Shown here: positions 1-14,091 of the stretch, piece by piece
Layout: each line of letters starts with the position of its first letter
Position numbering within the stretch: the stretch's first letter is position 1
Assembly: GCA_036172245.1 (NCBI GenBank)
Contig: JAYWIR010000003.1
Location: forward strand, 5,642,001-5,706,000
Origin: Raillietiella orientalis
Lineage: Eukaryota
Length of the DNA stretch: 64,000 nt
Direction: 5' to 3'
Notes under the pieces: model-generated
Database searches by the model: none
Told to the model about the DNA's origin: nothing
What the model saw: the letters and a program-made list of their open reading frames with translations, nothing else
Position numbers and translations under genes: made by a program

Positions 1-1805
1 TTCACTCTGAGGTGAACCACGATCTTTTCATTCTCATTATTTTGATCTTTCTCGCTTTTCTGATGCGAGGAGATGCATGATCTGGGATGGAAATGCTCGA
101 CCCATACGTTCCAAAGACAAGCTATTGGTAGGAATTTTTCTGTTGTTCCATCTCCGCAGAGCTCGCTCTCCATCATTAAAATCCCTTCTTAAGCTACTTC
201 TAGAAGTCCAGAATTCGATCTAGTCTAGCTCTCTAATAGATTTTATCAACGGAAGATGCAAAACTTGATGGTGCAATCTTGGTCTTATTGGAAGCTGCTG
301 CGACTCGCCAGGACCTGAATCTCGTAGATGGATGTTTTCTTCCTCGTCACGGCGACCCCGGTCTTCAAAGGGAGAGTACCGGAAACAAGAGCAGTTGGAA
401 CAAACTTTTCAGACCCGAAACCGCGTCCGCCCACGTCGCTTGGAGACTTCCAGTGTTGACGTCAAAGATGTCGTAATGAAGGGAGAATTCTTTTCACTGA
501 GAAAAAACCAGATCTAAAGAATTCGCTGATGATGATCTCGACAAAGTGCATCCAACTCAAATGCGAAGAACGAGGGATTTCTTTAGTGTGCGAGAATCTG
601 CGTTTTGAGGAAGTAAGGGAAGCTGACCTTACGTATGCTCTTCCACAAAAAAACACGAACATTCCGATCCAATCTTAATCAGATACAAGAATATTTGCGG
701 CTTAACGTGTCCTCTCTTCCGTCCCACCTGTTCTACTGGGTTCTGTTTTCCTGCAATGTTATTGCAGATTCGCTCTTTAAAGCTCGTCAGTCTTGTCAAA
801 ATTGCCCTTCGGACATCCTCAAACCGCTAATTCCTCTCAGGATAGAGAAGTATTTTGCCAAAAACTGTATGTCTAACTCTTGTCACCTCTGTCGCTGTCA
901 CTCCAGAATCATGTAGGTGCAACAAATAGTCTGAGACCCTGTAGACTTGGTATGGAGGAGACCAATTATCCAAGGTGCAAAAAGACAGGAAGAGGGATAC
1001 AGCACTCGAATCTTTGAGGATGTCTCAGTACCAACGAAATAAACCCCATAACAGCATAGAAAACTTTTGCGGTCAAACTAGAACATTCCAGAACCTTGCG
1101 ATAGTCCAGGATGCATTGCAGAGTACCAGAAGTGCCACCAAAGAGGTGGCTTTCGAATGCAATGTGTAAGATTCTGCTAGAGGATAACTAAAGTTATGGA
1201 TGCCTCTCAGGGAGAATTCGATTTGATACAGGGGGTTGAAGAACATTCGAGGCTCCGGGGAGGTCAAATCATGAAGTGCCTTCTAGGGACGAAGAAAATT
1301 CCATGTTCAAGAATCAGAAATAATTGTGACATTGCTTATCATGAAGACATGTAGCAGAAGGGAGTCCAGAGGCACTTCTTGCCACGATAGTGATGAATCA
1401 CATGACACACTGCTGCTGACTCCACTTTGCTGCACTTTTACCACGCATGCCGATGCAACGAATGGTCGAGGACAGGTGAACCTTCATTGAGGGATGTTCT
1501 GCATGGAAGCAACAAATTTCCTTGCTCAGTGGGTCTCTACCCCATTTTCGGGAGTCATACATGGAATTGCTAAGCCTAATAAACACGGCAAGTAGCAAAT
1601 GACACTTGTTTGCTACTGTATGTTGCAATGCCCACACTGACTCCAGACGATGATCACCAGAGGACCGGAAAACACTCTAAGATCGATCTGGGTGTTACCC
1701 TACATCAAAAGTTCGAAGAAAGAACGAATGAGTTTCTGGACAAAAAAATTCAAGAGCAAGAAATCCTGTAATAATGGACGCCACATCCTAGAAACTTGAA
1801 GAGGA
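1..1805 (-). mobile_element. Heavily decayed L1/Tx1-like LINE 3' half
   Basis: The minus strand gives FKFLG (about 1790; like the RT 'KYLG' motif), MFFNPLY and a C-terminal 'CSCFFVEEHT' zinc-finger-like remnant (about 640). Many stops are present and the boundaries are approximate. Confidence 0.35.
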
Positions 1806-4800
1806 ACGTTATCGTTAGTTGTGTGGAATTACATAGCTTGTTTGCAAGGGGTTCCGGAGAGTCTTCCGCAGTTGTTATTTTCTTTTTCCCGTCTTTACGG
1901 AGCTTCCTCCACTTGCTCGAATTCCTCCGATGGGAGACGGTTGTCTGGATTATCGAGCTGGTTGTCGGTTTTCCTTCCCACGTGGGTTGCAAATGTGGGG
2001 CTTGAGTACCGAATACACATAGACACCATGCGATGTCTCAGTCCCACCAGCTTCTTCTTTGGTACTCCTAAGTGCTGTACTACTTCCTCGTTGCCAAAAT
2101 CCCATGCCCCCAGAGAGCCGACGATGATCGTGTGTACTTTACTTTGCTTTCCACCACTTCCCAGATGCAATGCGATATCCCTATATTTATCCTCTTTGAT
2201 TCTTCTGGTTGTGCCGAACGTCTCCTGGTCGTTTTCATATGGGAAGCAGACGTCCAGCACACCTATTCTTTTTCCTTTTTCTAAAACCAGGTCTGGTTTT
2301 AGGCTGGAAGTGGTTCCTGGCATTCCCCGGTTTCCTGAGGCAAGACTCCACTTTGCTTCATCCACTGCGGTCTTCCTGATGATTTCTTGAATCGCATCGT
2401 GGCATGCTATAGTCAGAATAACGTGCTTCTTGTATCCATTTGACACGTGAGATAGCGTTTCATACTCTGTCCCGCAACGCCGACATATGCGTTTATGTGC
2501 TTTTTTGGTTGATCCAGCCTTGATTGGCAGTACGTTCAGTCTTGCTGCATGAATGAGCCTGTAATCTTGGAATCTTAGGTGGATTCCGTTTGTATGAAAA
2601 AAGCTTGAATGCCCACACACTGCATGGCTTTCCCTTGACTTATGTCGTTTTGGATTAGGGATTGTCAGTGTGATCTTCAGGCAGCACAAATTTAGCCTTC
2701 ATATCTGGTCATCATCTGAACTGCATCGCCCTGCAGCTCTGATGACCCATCCACAAACACCGATGCTAGAAATAGCAGGCATAATGTTGATCGGTTGTTG
2801 TGGATGGATCTTTGTCACTCGTTCCAAGTGTTCGTGAGACAAGTAAGCCTACTATGGGAAACTCGCTTCATAAGGAATGAAATGCTCGGATGAACGTCCG
2901 AGTGGCGGCCGGGCCTACCTGTTTGCCTTCTCTACTGGGATTTTCCCCTCTTGCATGCATCTCGAGACGCACACGAACGTATAGGCGTGTTATCATCTGG
3001 TTGAGAAGTCTACACCTCTATCTTGACTCTGCAGGAAGCGAAACCAACGCCAATTTAGAGCAGAGATGCACGAGGGGCACCCCTTATTGGAGCTGCCTTG
3101 TCCGCAAGGAGCCCAATCCTCCACGTGTCGCCCAGGAGGTGGTGCACAAAATTACAGCAGCAATCAACTCGTGTTGGCTCTTCTATGAGGAATGAAGGTG
3201 AACCGCTTGAGATGACGATTGAGAAACGAAGGCAGAGGTGCATAAGAGCTCACCTCCACCATAAGCGAAGCGACTGCCCGCCGCAGGAGCTGTAGGGAAT
3301 GCCATGTTCTTCTGACGAAAGTGAACTGCTCCTCTGCTGTCTTGTAGACGTTAGGACCGCCTGTGTGCATGAGGATTCTTGCATTAAAACTTACCTCTCG
3401 TAACCTTCGTGCTTCGTAGGGATGCAGTGTAGAGACGTCAGCAGCATCGGCTGCATTTGGGCTACACTTGACCTTGCAGATGATACAGCAAAGATGATGT
3501 CAGGGAGTGATGCTTCTCTGTCTCCATACATCGATCCAAACCCTTTATCCATGTCTTGTTTAGTCTTTCAGATCTTAGTGGATGCATTCTCGTCATTCCC
3601 ACCACCACCGGTTGCCACAACGCAGAGGGGGAATCAGCACCTGTTCCGATGAGCGATGGGAAAAAGACATGCGTCCACTTTTTGACTACTATGGCCACGG
3701 TTATCGACCGTCAGAATAACGATACCGAAAACCGCATCTCGAAATATCATTTTTACTTGGCTGTTTGGCTTTGGAAAACCTTGGAACTGCTACACATTAC
3801 CGTCCGTCTCATCTAGCGAAACAGTCCTCTGAGTCAGGATAAGACTACATTATCGTCCTCTTCTTCCTGGGCTTCTCGAACAGTACTCTTACTGTACTGA
3901 GCCAGTTATGGTGAAGCTAGCAGCAGCACGTTAATCCTATTGCTTCAAAGTTTTCTGGTGGTGCTCCATCGGAGATGCAGAGCTCCGTGTCCCCTTCGAA
4001 GCTTGCATTCTGCTACTACATCATTACCTATGTTTGGTCCTGCACAGTAAGCTAATGTGGCCTGGAGATAAGTCCGTTGCATTTTTTATTGAGCGAGGAA
4101 TGACATCATTGTGTTTCCGGGATCAGTCTGTTCTTGAATTAGGGTTTGATAGACACCTCAGCATCAGCTTCCAAGATGCTAATCCAGAATAGCGTAGGAT
4201 TATCTTGTCGAATTTCCAGGGATTTAATCAGAAGCGCTCTCTTCTTGGATTGGTAAGACGCTCTGATAGGGATTTGGCAGTTGCTACTGCAAGCCTATCT
4301 GCCGGTTATCTCACAGGAGGCTGGAAGGCCGCTAAGTTGCGCTGACCTTTCCATTCGCACTTCTAGAACTCATTGGTATGCCCACATTCCAGAGGCAAGA
4401 AGCACCCTTTGGCTCGGCATCCATAACTGAAGTTGGATCTTCTGATTGCTTGCACATGCACATCCTCCTGCATTGTGTCATAGGCACAGATTTCCAATTC
4501 TTCGCTCCGCGGTTCTGCATTCCGAAACGGTCGTTGAGACGTGTGACTAAAGTCAAACAAGGAGTGCCACTTGGAACGCTCTTGTCGAATCCGGAATGGA
4601 CCATGGTTCGACAGCCATTTGAGAAAACGGATGCAAGGATAATCACAATGAAGCCCGCAGGCAGTTTTGCAAGTTCACTGCTAAAGCGAAGGTGTATATG
4701 CAATGTCCTTAGTTCAGCAAAGTCGTAACACTAGAATAATTATTGGCCGCCGCTTGAACGATGAGAACCGGTTTTTGCCACCACTTTTTGTGAACTTGCT

Positions 4801-4950
4801 GCGCATCGGTTCCTCTGCAGCCCGAAGCCAGACCTGACGTGCCGATGACTGATAAATCGACACTTCTGTATGGATTATGCTGACCGTCTCCACTATTTTC
4901 AATGTCATTTGTTTCATGCATTTCATTGCATCTGCTTTTTTCGTTGACAG
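1806..4950 (-). mobile_element. Degenerate NeSL/R2-type (RLE) non-LTR retrotransposon, copy 1
   Basis: ORF 1895-2689 has YRLIHAARLN, the knuckle CRRCG..ETLSH, the RLE endonuclease motif KPDLV...LDVCFPYEN, and IVGSLGAW. Decayed upstream parts align to copy 2 (QSEDPTSVMD vs QQDPTCKLE). The 3'UTR resembles 49706-49770. The 5' limit is approximate. Confidence 0.8.
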
Positions 4951-5099
4951 CTTCCTTTTCTAACAAATCACCACCACCATTTTAGTCCGTCATCATTTCT
5001 TGCAAATCTTTCAAACCACCGTTTCCTTCTTCCCTCCCCCTCCCCTCTCATCGAGTAATTTTCCTTGTCTCTCATCCAAACATTTTAACGAGCATCGAG

Positions 5100-6755
5100 A
5101 ACTTTGGACCAAAGCTCGCTCCAAGATTTGATGGGCTTTCCAGCTTGGAATTTCGCTTCAGGTCAATACTATTGAAAAAATCACCTCGATGACCTTTGTG
5201 GATTATAGAAGACTTCTGCTTTCCTTTTCCTCCCAAAACTAAACGTGCAAATCTTCGTTTCTACTCTCCTTTAAACCTTCAGGGATGCATAAACTGCACT
5301 GGTAGAAACACGGTCGTGTGTCACTTTCTCTGAGGACGCTACCACTTGGATTTGGAGGACTGCGACTCCAGAATCGAAATAGCTACTTCAGTGACACCTT
5401 CACCTTGAAACCTTCTGTCGAAGCATCGAATTGCGCCTTGCCCTGGCCTCTCTGGGTGACCCTTCAGGAAGTGGTCACAAGGGTCACCAACAGGAAACGG
5501 CCTTGATTCTTTTGCTTTGTCCCATTATTGCTTTCCGTGGAAACGTTTTGCAAGGAGCCGAGAAGACGAGCCAGTAGCTCCAGTTTCCCGGCAACTATAA
5601 TGAGAACCTGATAAATTCCTAGAGAGTGGATGCTCTGAGAGTGCCTAGAGGACTTCTCGATGACGGAACATCGCTGGTTTTCCAAGCGAGTTCCAGAAAG
5701 GTTATGAGAAGCAGGAAAGAAAGTGTCCAGCCCACTCTCTGACGAGAGACCAGACGCAGAAGGAAGGCTCAAGAAGTAGCCAAGGGAGGAGTTCTTCCTG
5801 TGAGTATCAACATATTGCAATAATTGACTCAGGATAACGTGCATTTCTGTGTTCATGAAAATCCATCCACTCTGAAGAATGCCAAATCCGTCCACAATGT
5901 TGACTGTGAGTGGTCCCACACCAGAAAGAGGTACACCACCTCTATTTTCCAAAGTCGCAGTATTGTCCCAACCGCAAAACTGCCATTTTTGGAGTTCCGG
6001 TTGCATTTCCGCAGACGGATCCTGTCACACTCCGGATGTTTTTCTTCCCAATCTTGCTCTGCTCTTTTGGATAATTTTATAATTTAGGTTTTGTTCCATC
6101 TTATTTGTGGATTCTTCTCCGAAAATCCAAGCCTTTCTTGGATAATTGCCCTCCAGTGTTCTGAATCTTCAATTAGTAGAATGAGAAAAAAAAAAAATCT
6201 CTCCTTAACATGTTTTCCAACATCTAGGCCACCCTTACCATGCTGCAAACTAGCCAAAGGAAACTTGCTATTGCAACGGGCTGCATTTCCCTTCAAAAAA
6301 TGCACCATATCCGGCAGCCTGCACACAATAAATGGTACAAAATTTTATTTTTACGGATTGATTCTTAACTGGGAAACTGTTTGCACCAATATGTGATTCT
6401 AGATATTTTAATGGCATGTCGTTGCATAGAGGGATACTTTTTCTATAGAAACACAGGACTCCTAAGACTCTGTTCGTGGAAGCGAACTGAATCTAGTCCT
6501 CGGTGAAAGGACATCTCGTAAATTAACTATTATCATCTCGTCAGGCTGAAAATACCAAAGAGATATCGCTGGCTGTACCGACCAGGAAATAATGGCCTCT
6601 CGACCTCTCAATATCACTAAACTCTTCAAAACCGTCTTCAAATTCTTCTCTGAGCTTCTGACACACCTTCCCTTTGCACATGAGATGCCGGATTCATCGA
6701 CTGTATTCATAGCATGGGGAAAAAGTGTCAGATGAAATGGCAAACTTGTCTTCAC
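5100..6755 (-). mobile_element. Decayed L1/Tx1-like ORF2 C-terminal part
   Basis: Contains KGGLDV, WDN and SDTRPCFYQC (about 5300), the last resembling TDTRPHVLTC of the L1 fragment at 40.4 kb. Confidence 0.45.
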
Positions 6756-6769
6756 TGAAAAGTGTAAGT

Positions 6770-7460
6770 TTTGTTTAAATGGTATTACAATAGAGTGAGC
6801 TGATTAACTGAGCAGTTTGATCTGGAGTTCAATATCCCGTTCTGACGGGAAGCAATACATACGAGATATGCTAGATCGCAAACTCAGTTTCAGGGTCCAT
6901 AAAACAACTTAATCTCTTCTTTGAGTTACCAGAAAGATCCTACCTTCATTGAGCCAACTAACATGGGAATAATTCAGGGGATACTCAGAATCTCCAAATT
7001 CAGATAAAAGGCTACGGAAATACACGACAGCTAAGACCACAATGTTTAATGAAATTCATACATTTTGCTATTACAGCCGTGACGGGATTAATGGTTAAGC
7101 AAAAGACATAAAGGCACGATGTATGAATCAGTGGCGGAACACTAAGCTTTCCGGATTTAGATCACCAAATTTCAATTTATGTTTGAGTAACAAGACCATG
7201 GATCCATCAATCATGGAGTTCCATTTGAAGCTACAGCCACAAGTTCTTCATGGAGTTACTTAAAGATGAGCTTTGTTTCCTTGTATAAGTCTTTTCGCAT
7301 GATAGGAGCTTGAATTTCGATTAGTAGGGACAAATCCTCAGAAATAATGGTTTCTTTATCCACCACTCTAATAAAGATCATCAGCTGAGCTATATTTGTA
7401 ATATCCGTTGTCCCACGAAGTGTCAAAGAGAAGAGAGAAAAGCTTTGTGCTTTTCGAATG
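6770..7460 (-). mobile_element. hAT (Buster/GTF2IRD2-like) transposase relic
   Basis: Translates to FSLTLRGTTDITNIAQLMIFIRVVD...LVAVASNG and MNFIKHCGL...YSHVSWLNEG. These match the hAT motifs FSLALDESTD..AQL.IFIR, VTTDGA and VRWLSRG. Confidence 0.65.
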
Positions 7461-7710
7461 CAGAGTCGATAGAAGTAGTCGCCATCTTGTCAACCGCTCT
7501 GGAGGACAAAACGTTCGAGCAAATTATCCTTGTCCGGGCGTAGGATGATGGTGCCTTTGGTCTTGCAGCTCTCGAAGCTTGCCATGCCTTCCGATGGTAG
7601 AGTCCTTTGTCAGTTCATGTCATTCCTTGCCCTCCTACTCTGCTCTACTCTCCCTCACCAGTGGATGTTTGTCTACTGAAAGTATGGCTTGAGGCTTTCT
7701 TCAAGTGGTT

Positions 7711-7920
7711 ATTATAATCAACAACAACGAACTTTACAACATCATCATTACTGCACACGCCCTAACCATGATCTTCTTCTTGGTCATACCCGCCATAATG
7801 GGAGGAATTGGCAATTGACTCACTCCTCTCACACTCGGTACCCCAGACATAGCATTCCCACGACTGAATAACTTCAGATTTTGACTACTACTCCCATCCT
7901 TCTCCATACTACTCCTCAAT
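7711..7920 (+). pseudogene. cox1: NUMT: mitochondrial cytochrome c oxidase I fragment (~70 codons)
   Basis: In the invertebrate mitochondrial code (TGA=W, AGA=S, ATA=M) it reads [57 protein letters not shown]. Confidence 0.95.
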
Positions 7921-8099
7921 AAACAAGCGTTTTTTTTCTTTCCCGCAATCTTTGCCATGAAAAGGATCCTTAAAAAAAAAAAGGACCGGAAGAGTTATTC
8001 ACAATGGATTCCCATGGTTTACTTTTAAATTTGAGACTTTTAAATCAGAGAATCTCATCCTGAGAAGCTCAAGGGTAGGTCTCGAGGGTAGTTCAAAAA

Positions 8100-8410
8100 A
8101 AAACTGTGGTCCTCATCGACCAGAAATCTTAGGTACCCCATTCACATCAGTCTCTCATTGTAGAGCTTTTCTTTGATCATTGATCCTCTGTTTGAGTTTC
8201 ACGTCGCCTTTCTCGCATAAATTATGCATCCTTTACATTCTCAGTCTTTTTCTAAGTAAAGAGGGAATTTCGTGAGAGCATTTTGCACACTCTGTCTCCC
8301 TCTCTTTTCCAATCCCTTATGACCTTCTTACCCACGTTTAATTCAACAGCAATTTGGAAACAACTGGATATGGAAGCAACCACGCCTTTTCTTCGTTTGT
8401 TTCTACTTCA
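8100..8410 (-). mobile_element. pogo/Tigger (Jerky-like) transposase N-terminal relic
   Basis: QIAVELNVGKKVIRDWKR is HTH-like, followed by FMRERRR...MIKEK as in CENP-B-type HTH domains; frameshifted. Confidence 0.45.
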
Positions 8411-11400
8411 TTAGCCGTAGTAGTTATCGGTAATCTTTAGCGTCGTAAACACAGGCTCACAGCAGTCCTCTTTCTGCAATTGGCGAGCATTCTCGACTAA
8501 TACGATTCCCCCCAAAAAACACAAAGTGTTGTGGGCACTCAAGGAAAGGAAACATATCGTTTTAGATCGGTTTATCCAGAGTCCTTTAGGAGTTGCCACT
8601 GAGTACGAGTGATGATGACTCATTCACAGTTGGTGGGATAGCATGTGTTTTAGAGAAGATCGGTTCAGCAATGTCTGTTTCTGGGTGTTGGCGGTAAGGC
8701 TACCAGCCTGTCAGTTGACCGTGTACTAAGAACATCTTTTACCATGCCACTAGCCAAGTTCTAAAATGTTTTCTTTTTCTTGTTGAAAGGCGTAGGATTT
8801 TATTTTTTTCGGTATGTCTTCATGTATCTGCTGCGGCTGTCTCTGTAGCCGCGATTTCTAATAGAGTTATTAATTTCCTGCCCAATGTCCGAAAACGTAT
8901 TTGTTGGCGATCCTTTTTTTTGTGGGTCCTTTTCCTCTCGTAAACAAACAAATCTCCATGGATCCTTCGAATTTTGTTTCCAGTGGCGTTCCATTTCTGT
9001 TGACAGCGACAACTAATCTCAATGAATCATTCACTGAAGCAGGCCGCATCATAGATGATAACATTAGATTGACACTGCCTGAACGGTTTCTTGGAAGGGG
9101 GGGGGGGGAATTGGGTGCCATGGGTTTCCTCCAACTTCTGTTCACCTTAGAATCTAAAAACGGAGAAGCTGCGCTCCCACTCTTATTCGCTCATCCTCGT
9201 CAAAACGAAAAGCAGATATGCGAATGTCTGCTGTCCTCAAGTGGAGCTGAAGCAAACGAAATCACAGCCGCTCACAACCTCCCGTCTACTCGACTTTTTG
9301 TAACTGTAAATTTATCTATTTCACTAAGGGATTCGTGGTTTCGAGGTTTTAGAGATTGATTCGAAGACCAAAAGCATAATTGCGTATGTAAATGATGCAC
9401 GCCGGTTCATATTTAATGTTCCTCTTCGTATTCATCATTTACATTGCAGTAAATAACGCTTACAAGAGCTGGGAGTATAGAGACGATGGAGCGAAAGTGA
9501 TTCATACACGCTAAATAGGGTGGCAATCAAGATTATTTACTTTAATGAAGCAAACTCCACTGCGCATGTTCTCAGTTCATGTTTTCATGAATAAACCAGT
9601 GAAATAATTACTTTGGAGTAATGAACGTCACCATTGATAAAACTGAATCAATCAGCTTCATTTAAAATTAGGAAAAGGCTACTCTCCGCCGGATGCTATA
9701 AACGATTTTTTATATGAAAAATAAATACATGGTCACGTGAGACAATTTACGAAGCATTCGAGTGGTTAAGCAATCAGCAATCTTGGATCTGTATTTTTTT
9801 TCCTTCTTCTTTTTTCCTCTTAAGCAAATAATCGTAGGCGTTATCTCAAGGATGAACTATTTTATTGATGCATCCTCCAGGTCTCCGTTGCGTACCCGTA
9901 TCACACGTAGGCACGTTTCTCCATTTCCCATAAAGTATCAGATTTTTGCTTGAGAGCGTTTCTGCTTCTCCATTTCAATAGCAGGTAAAGTTTCAGTTTT
10001 GCCTTTTGCAATGCTTTCCTTTTCATCGACCATCTCGGACTTGCGAGCCATGCCCCCTTCCAAACATGCAGCTGAATACAGAAGGCAGCTGAAAGCAAGG
10101 GAAAAAAAAGCAGGAAATGGCATCTTTGGGCAGGGAAAGAGACAGTACTTTGGAAACAGCGTGGCCTGGATGACTAAGCAGCTTTGAGAGTTCTGATGCC
10201 TGAACTATTTCAGTTTCCCAGAAAACTATGTTTATGTCCTTGAATTCGTGCCTCGAAGCAGACCGCTTTATAAAGGACACTTAAAGTGCTCGGAATCGCC
10301 ACAAGCATACAAAGTCTTGTGTTTATGTATCCATATCATCGTAACCGGAAGTTCACAACGGAGATGTCCATAAACCCGGATGTGTTGTGTGGATTTTACA
10401 GGCGCATTATTCTCTCATGAGACGAACATGACGGCCCGACCAAGCAACAAAATTCAATCGCAGAGACCTCTTTACTATAACTCCTTATTAAGTCCGCTTT
10501 ACTAATCGAAGAATATATATGGTCCACTTCAAGAAGAGGGCACGCTCCTAATTAAAAAGGAGCAAGCAGCTTTGCCTTCAATCGGCTGAAAATTAGAGGT
10601 AGGAGATCAGTGCAGATTTGGAAACAGATGTCTCTGAAGCCAGACGATGGTCTGAGATGTATTCCGTAACAAAATGCGAATTTTTAGAATAAGTTGGGAA
10701 GAGTTTCCGTTTTTTAAACCACTCAAGAATACAACAGCACGTAAGCAGTGGAACTAATTTTTCCTTTCAGGAAAGGTATCACGAGAGTGCTAATTGCTGA
10801 GGATTCTCGGAAAGCTTTTGAAACCAACAAACTCTGAAGAAAAGGACTTCTGCTCCTAATTTCGTCACTGAATTGAATGACGATTGCATACCAGTTGTGT
10901 GGCACAACTACCTCCATTTCAAAGAGAACGTTACTCTTTTCGAAAGCACGGCGCGTTCACAAACCCATCGAGTCTTCACGTCAGGACACTTGGATTTTGT
11001 GTGGACAGCTAAATGCATCTTCTTCCTTGGAAATTTGTAGCAAAACCGTTTATGCATTCCAAATATTTAATAAAAGACAAAAGAAAGAAAGAAAGAAAAA
11101 AACTGCGCTCTACTTAAATTCCAATGGAAACACCGGACTTGATTCGTTGAACTACCGTAATTTCATTCATGGAATCAATAAAGTAAACGGTCGAGTAGGT
11201 AGGAATACGGGAAGCCATAGTTCCTATATCTTCAAAAGAGACTGCTATTTGTACCCTTTTTTTGTGATGATGCTCTTATCCTTTTTTGTTTAAGGAAAAT
11301 AGACGAACAAACAATAACTCCAGTAGAGTGCAGTGCTCCTGTAGGTGAGTTCCCGTGACCCTGCCTACGTAACACCTTTTCACAGTGAGTCAGCATGTTG

Positions 11401-12518
11401 TCATGATGGAGTGGAAAAAAAGGATAAGAGCATCTGAAAAAAAACATACAATAAACATTAGTGATAAAAAAAAAAAAAACCCTGCATAAAGAGAATGGCT
11501 TTGTGCTCCATATTTTACCATTTGATTCATCAAGTCCCCATGGAAAGAGCAAAAAGACATTGTACGAACCGTTTGATGCTTTGAACTTTGGATTAGCGTT
11601 AAATGTGATTTCCTAACCGATGGCATAAATCTTTCTGTCAATATCTTAAAATGAGACCGATTCCATCGAGAAAACGTGGATCCGTTCTACACCACAGTCG
11701 ACATGAGCTCAAGCACTTGCATAAAAGACTTCACTGGTGAGCAAGAAATGCAAGTTCTTTTCGATCGCCAATCGCAGCACTTTACACAATTTGAAACATT
11801 TCTAAGCTTACTGAAGAGTCTTGTTGATTCCCATACTTTTATTGCCGGCATAGACGAGTTTTAGCTATAGAGTTTTAGCGCATACGCGCAGTGGCTGATG
11901 CATACTGATAGTAGAATGGAACTTTCTCATAGTTGCAGTCTCCCGAGGAGTGCACAAAAACAAGCTTCAGTTTCTCGATGCTACCTTCAATTTCACCACA
12001 GAAATTGCACTTAATTACATTTCAGACAGGCTTTGATCAGAAATTCCATCTCCAACACGGTTGACCGCAACTTTTCTGTGACTACTCAGGTGAATTGTTT
12101 TTCTGTCTACCTTTGTTTCCCTCACTGGAGATTGTGGTTATCTTTTCGAAGTTACAAGGAAATGTAAAAGGTTATCAAGCATTTCTTAGGTACTTCATAA
12201 TGCTCCAACGTTCCCAGACCTTTTTCAGCATCGAAAATTCTGGAACGCCCAGATTTGGTCGCACCATATCAATGTAATTGATATTTACCTAATCGTCGCG
12301 TGATCCGAGGCTCCCTACATGGCAATGATGGCTTAAAACAATCAGTTCTATAGTTCAAACGGGTCAGGGTAAAATACCCTCGGGATCTCTTCGCGCTTGG
12401 TCTTCAGTCTCGAAAAATGCTTTAAATACTTCCCGTGCTTTGGTACATATGGTTATGCTCAACAGGGTAAAATTCCACCATAGGTTCTGAATCGATTGAG
12501 ATGCTCTCTTACACAAAC

Positions 12519-12551
<33 letters not shown>

Positions 12552-14091
12552 GGAAATGAACAATTACAATTTGGCAGTCCCTTTAATCCTCTTGATCCTG
12601 AGATCTCAAATCGCAAATCTACTTGCAGCATCCGTTCCTGCATACTCAAAAAAATTTACTAAAAATTTCCCACATTTCGGTGCACAGCCAATGTCTTTGA
12701 CATCTTCCAAGTGAAATTACATTTTCTAACTTTCGTCGAAAGATTGCAGGTGAGTTCTCACTGAATAACACACACGCAGACACGGACACCGACATAATTG
12801 ACACCGGAAATGGATCGAGTTCCACATTCCACTGAACTGTTTCTTCTCCAGAAATGACAAAGAGATGCAAAACTTTGCAGAGTGAAGGGGTAGAAGGGTT
12901 CCTCTGTTTCAATATTTTACAAAGGTCCACTGTGCCAATTAGCACACCGATCAGATGGCAATCTCTCCTCCTCTTGGAATACGAGCCACTTACCAATACG
13001 GTGAAGCAAAGTCTTGAAGCTATTTTCTAATTTTTATTCGTCTCACCTGAAATTCCACATGCAGAGTTTTGTTTGTTCTAAAGCTGTGCATCTTCTATTT
13101 TTTACAAAGAAGGCACCATGCTGCGTTGCACCTTGTCGTTGAAGGATGTTGTAAATTTTGCCCAAATATCGAATTCGCAAACATTTTGTTTGTTTGATAT
13201 GGCAACTTTACGGGTTCATGTTGGCATTCGTGCAACGTCATGTTTATCCGAATACACATTTTGCAATGTGATTAGTTTTCACTGAAGATAGATCAGATTT
13301 TATTATCTCATCGGTTTTCCATTGATAGTGGGTATCCTCCAGATCTTCCATCATTTGCAACGCACGCTTGATTTCGAAGTTTATGTTGGAAACACAGCTT
13401 AGAAGGTATCAAACAAAACCGAGCCAGTATTTCACTACTTTTCCTCTAGTTATTTAGGATTCTCATTTTTGATTGTCATGCAAATAAATCTCCCTTGTCA
13501 GCACTCACTAATTTTAACACTACTATTTACGTGTCCTTCTAAAGAGTTCAAATAAAACGTCGCTTCAAGAGAAGACTTGCTACGCCTTTTTCTTCTGTGC
13601 TTAAACCTTGCTAATTTTATTTTTTGAACGGAAATTCTTACGAAATCAAAATGAAATTAAAGGAATCCGGAATTTTCGAAAATATTGGATGCTGAAAAAG
13701 CATGTTGGGCAATGTAGCTTTTAAGAATCGCGTTTCGTAAGTTTCACCCACAGTTTCAAAAGCTAGCTAGAAACTGGGGTGCAATGAATTGTGTTTGAAT
13801 ATTCTTATTTTTCTATCATTCACCCTGTTAACCAAATAATTTTCCATTGGAATAGCATTGGAATTCCAGCTTGTAGAATCCTACTGTTGCTGTCTAGAAT
13901 AGATGCTGCTATAGTGTTTACATAGAACCGAATTTCCATGAGTTACTACAGTAATCTGAGGAAGACCAAGGTCAAAATGACACAGTACAGTAGCTTATTA
14001 AAGTTCAGAAAGGCTGAGCTGTCAAAACAGTGTGCATCAGACACTACCATTTCCCAGAACTTTTCTCCTCAATACTGACTCTGTGCTGAAA

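Noticed and set aside
4540..4600. Plus-strand KVKQGVPLGTLLS resembling an RT QG motif
   Set aside because: The flanking minus-strand frames align with NeSL copy 2, and no other RT motifs occur on the plus strand; likely chance.
9760..10400. Possible Tc1/mariner relic (QLHVWKGA, RHEFKD..FW)
   Set aside because: Too degenerate; no DDE triad or TIRs identified.
11300..13400. Possible Gypsy/Ginger integrase (GINKTL...CVKCC) and LINE zinc-finger remnants
   Set aside because: Only scattered motif-like fragments; cannot assign or delimit.
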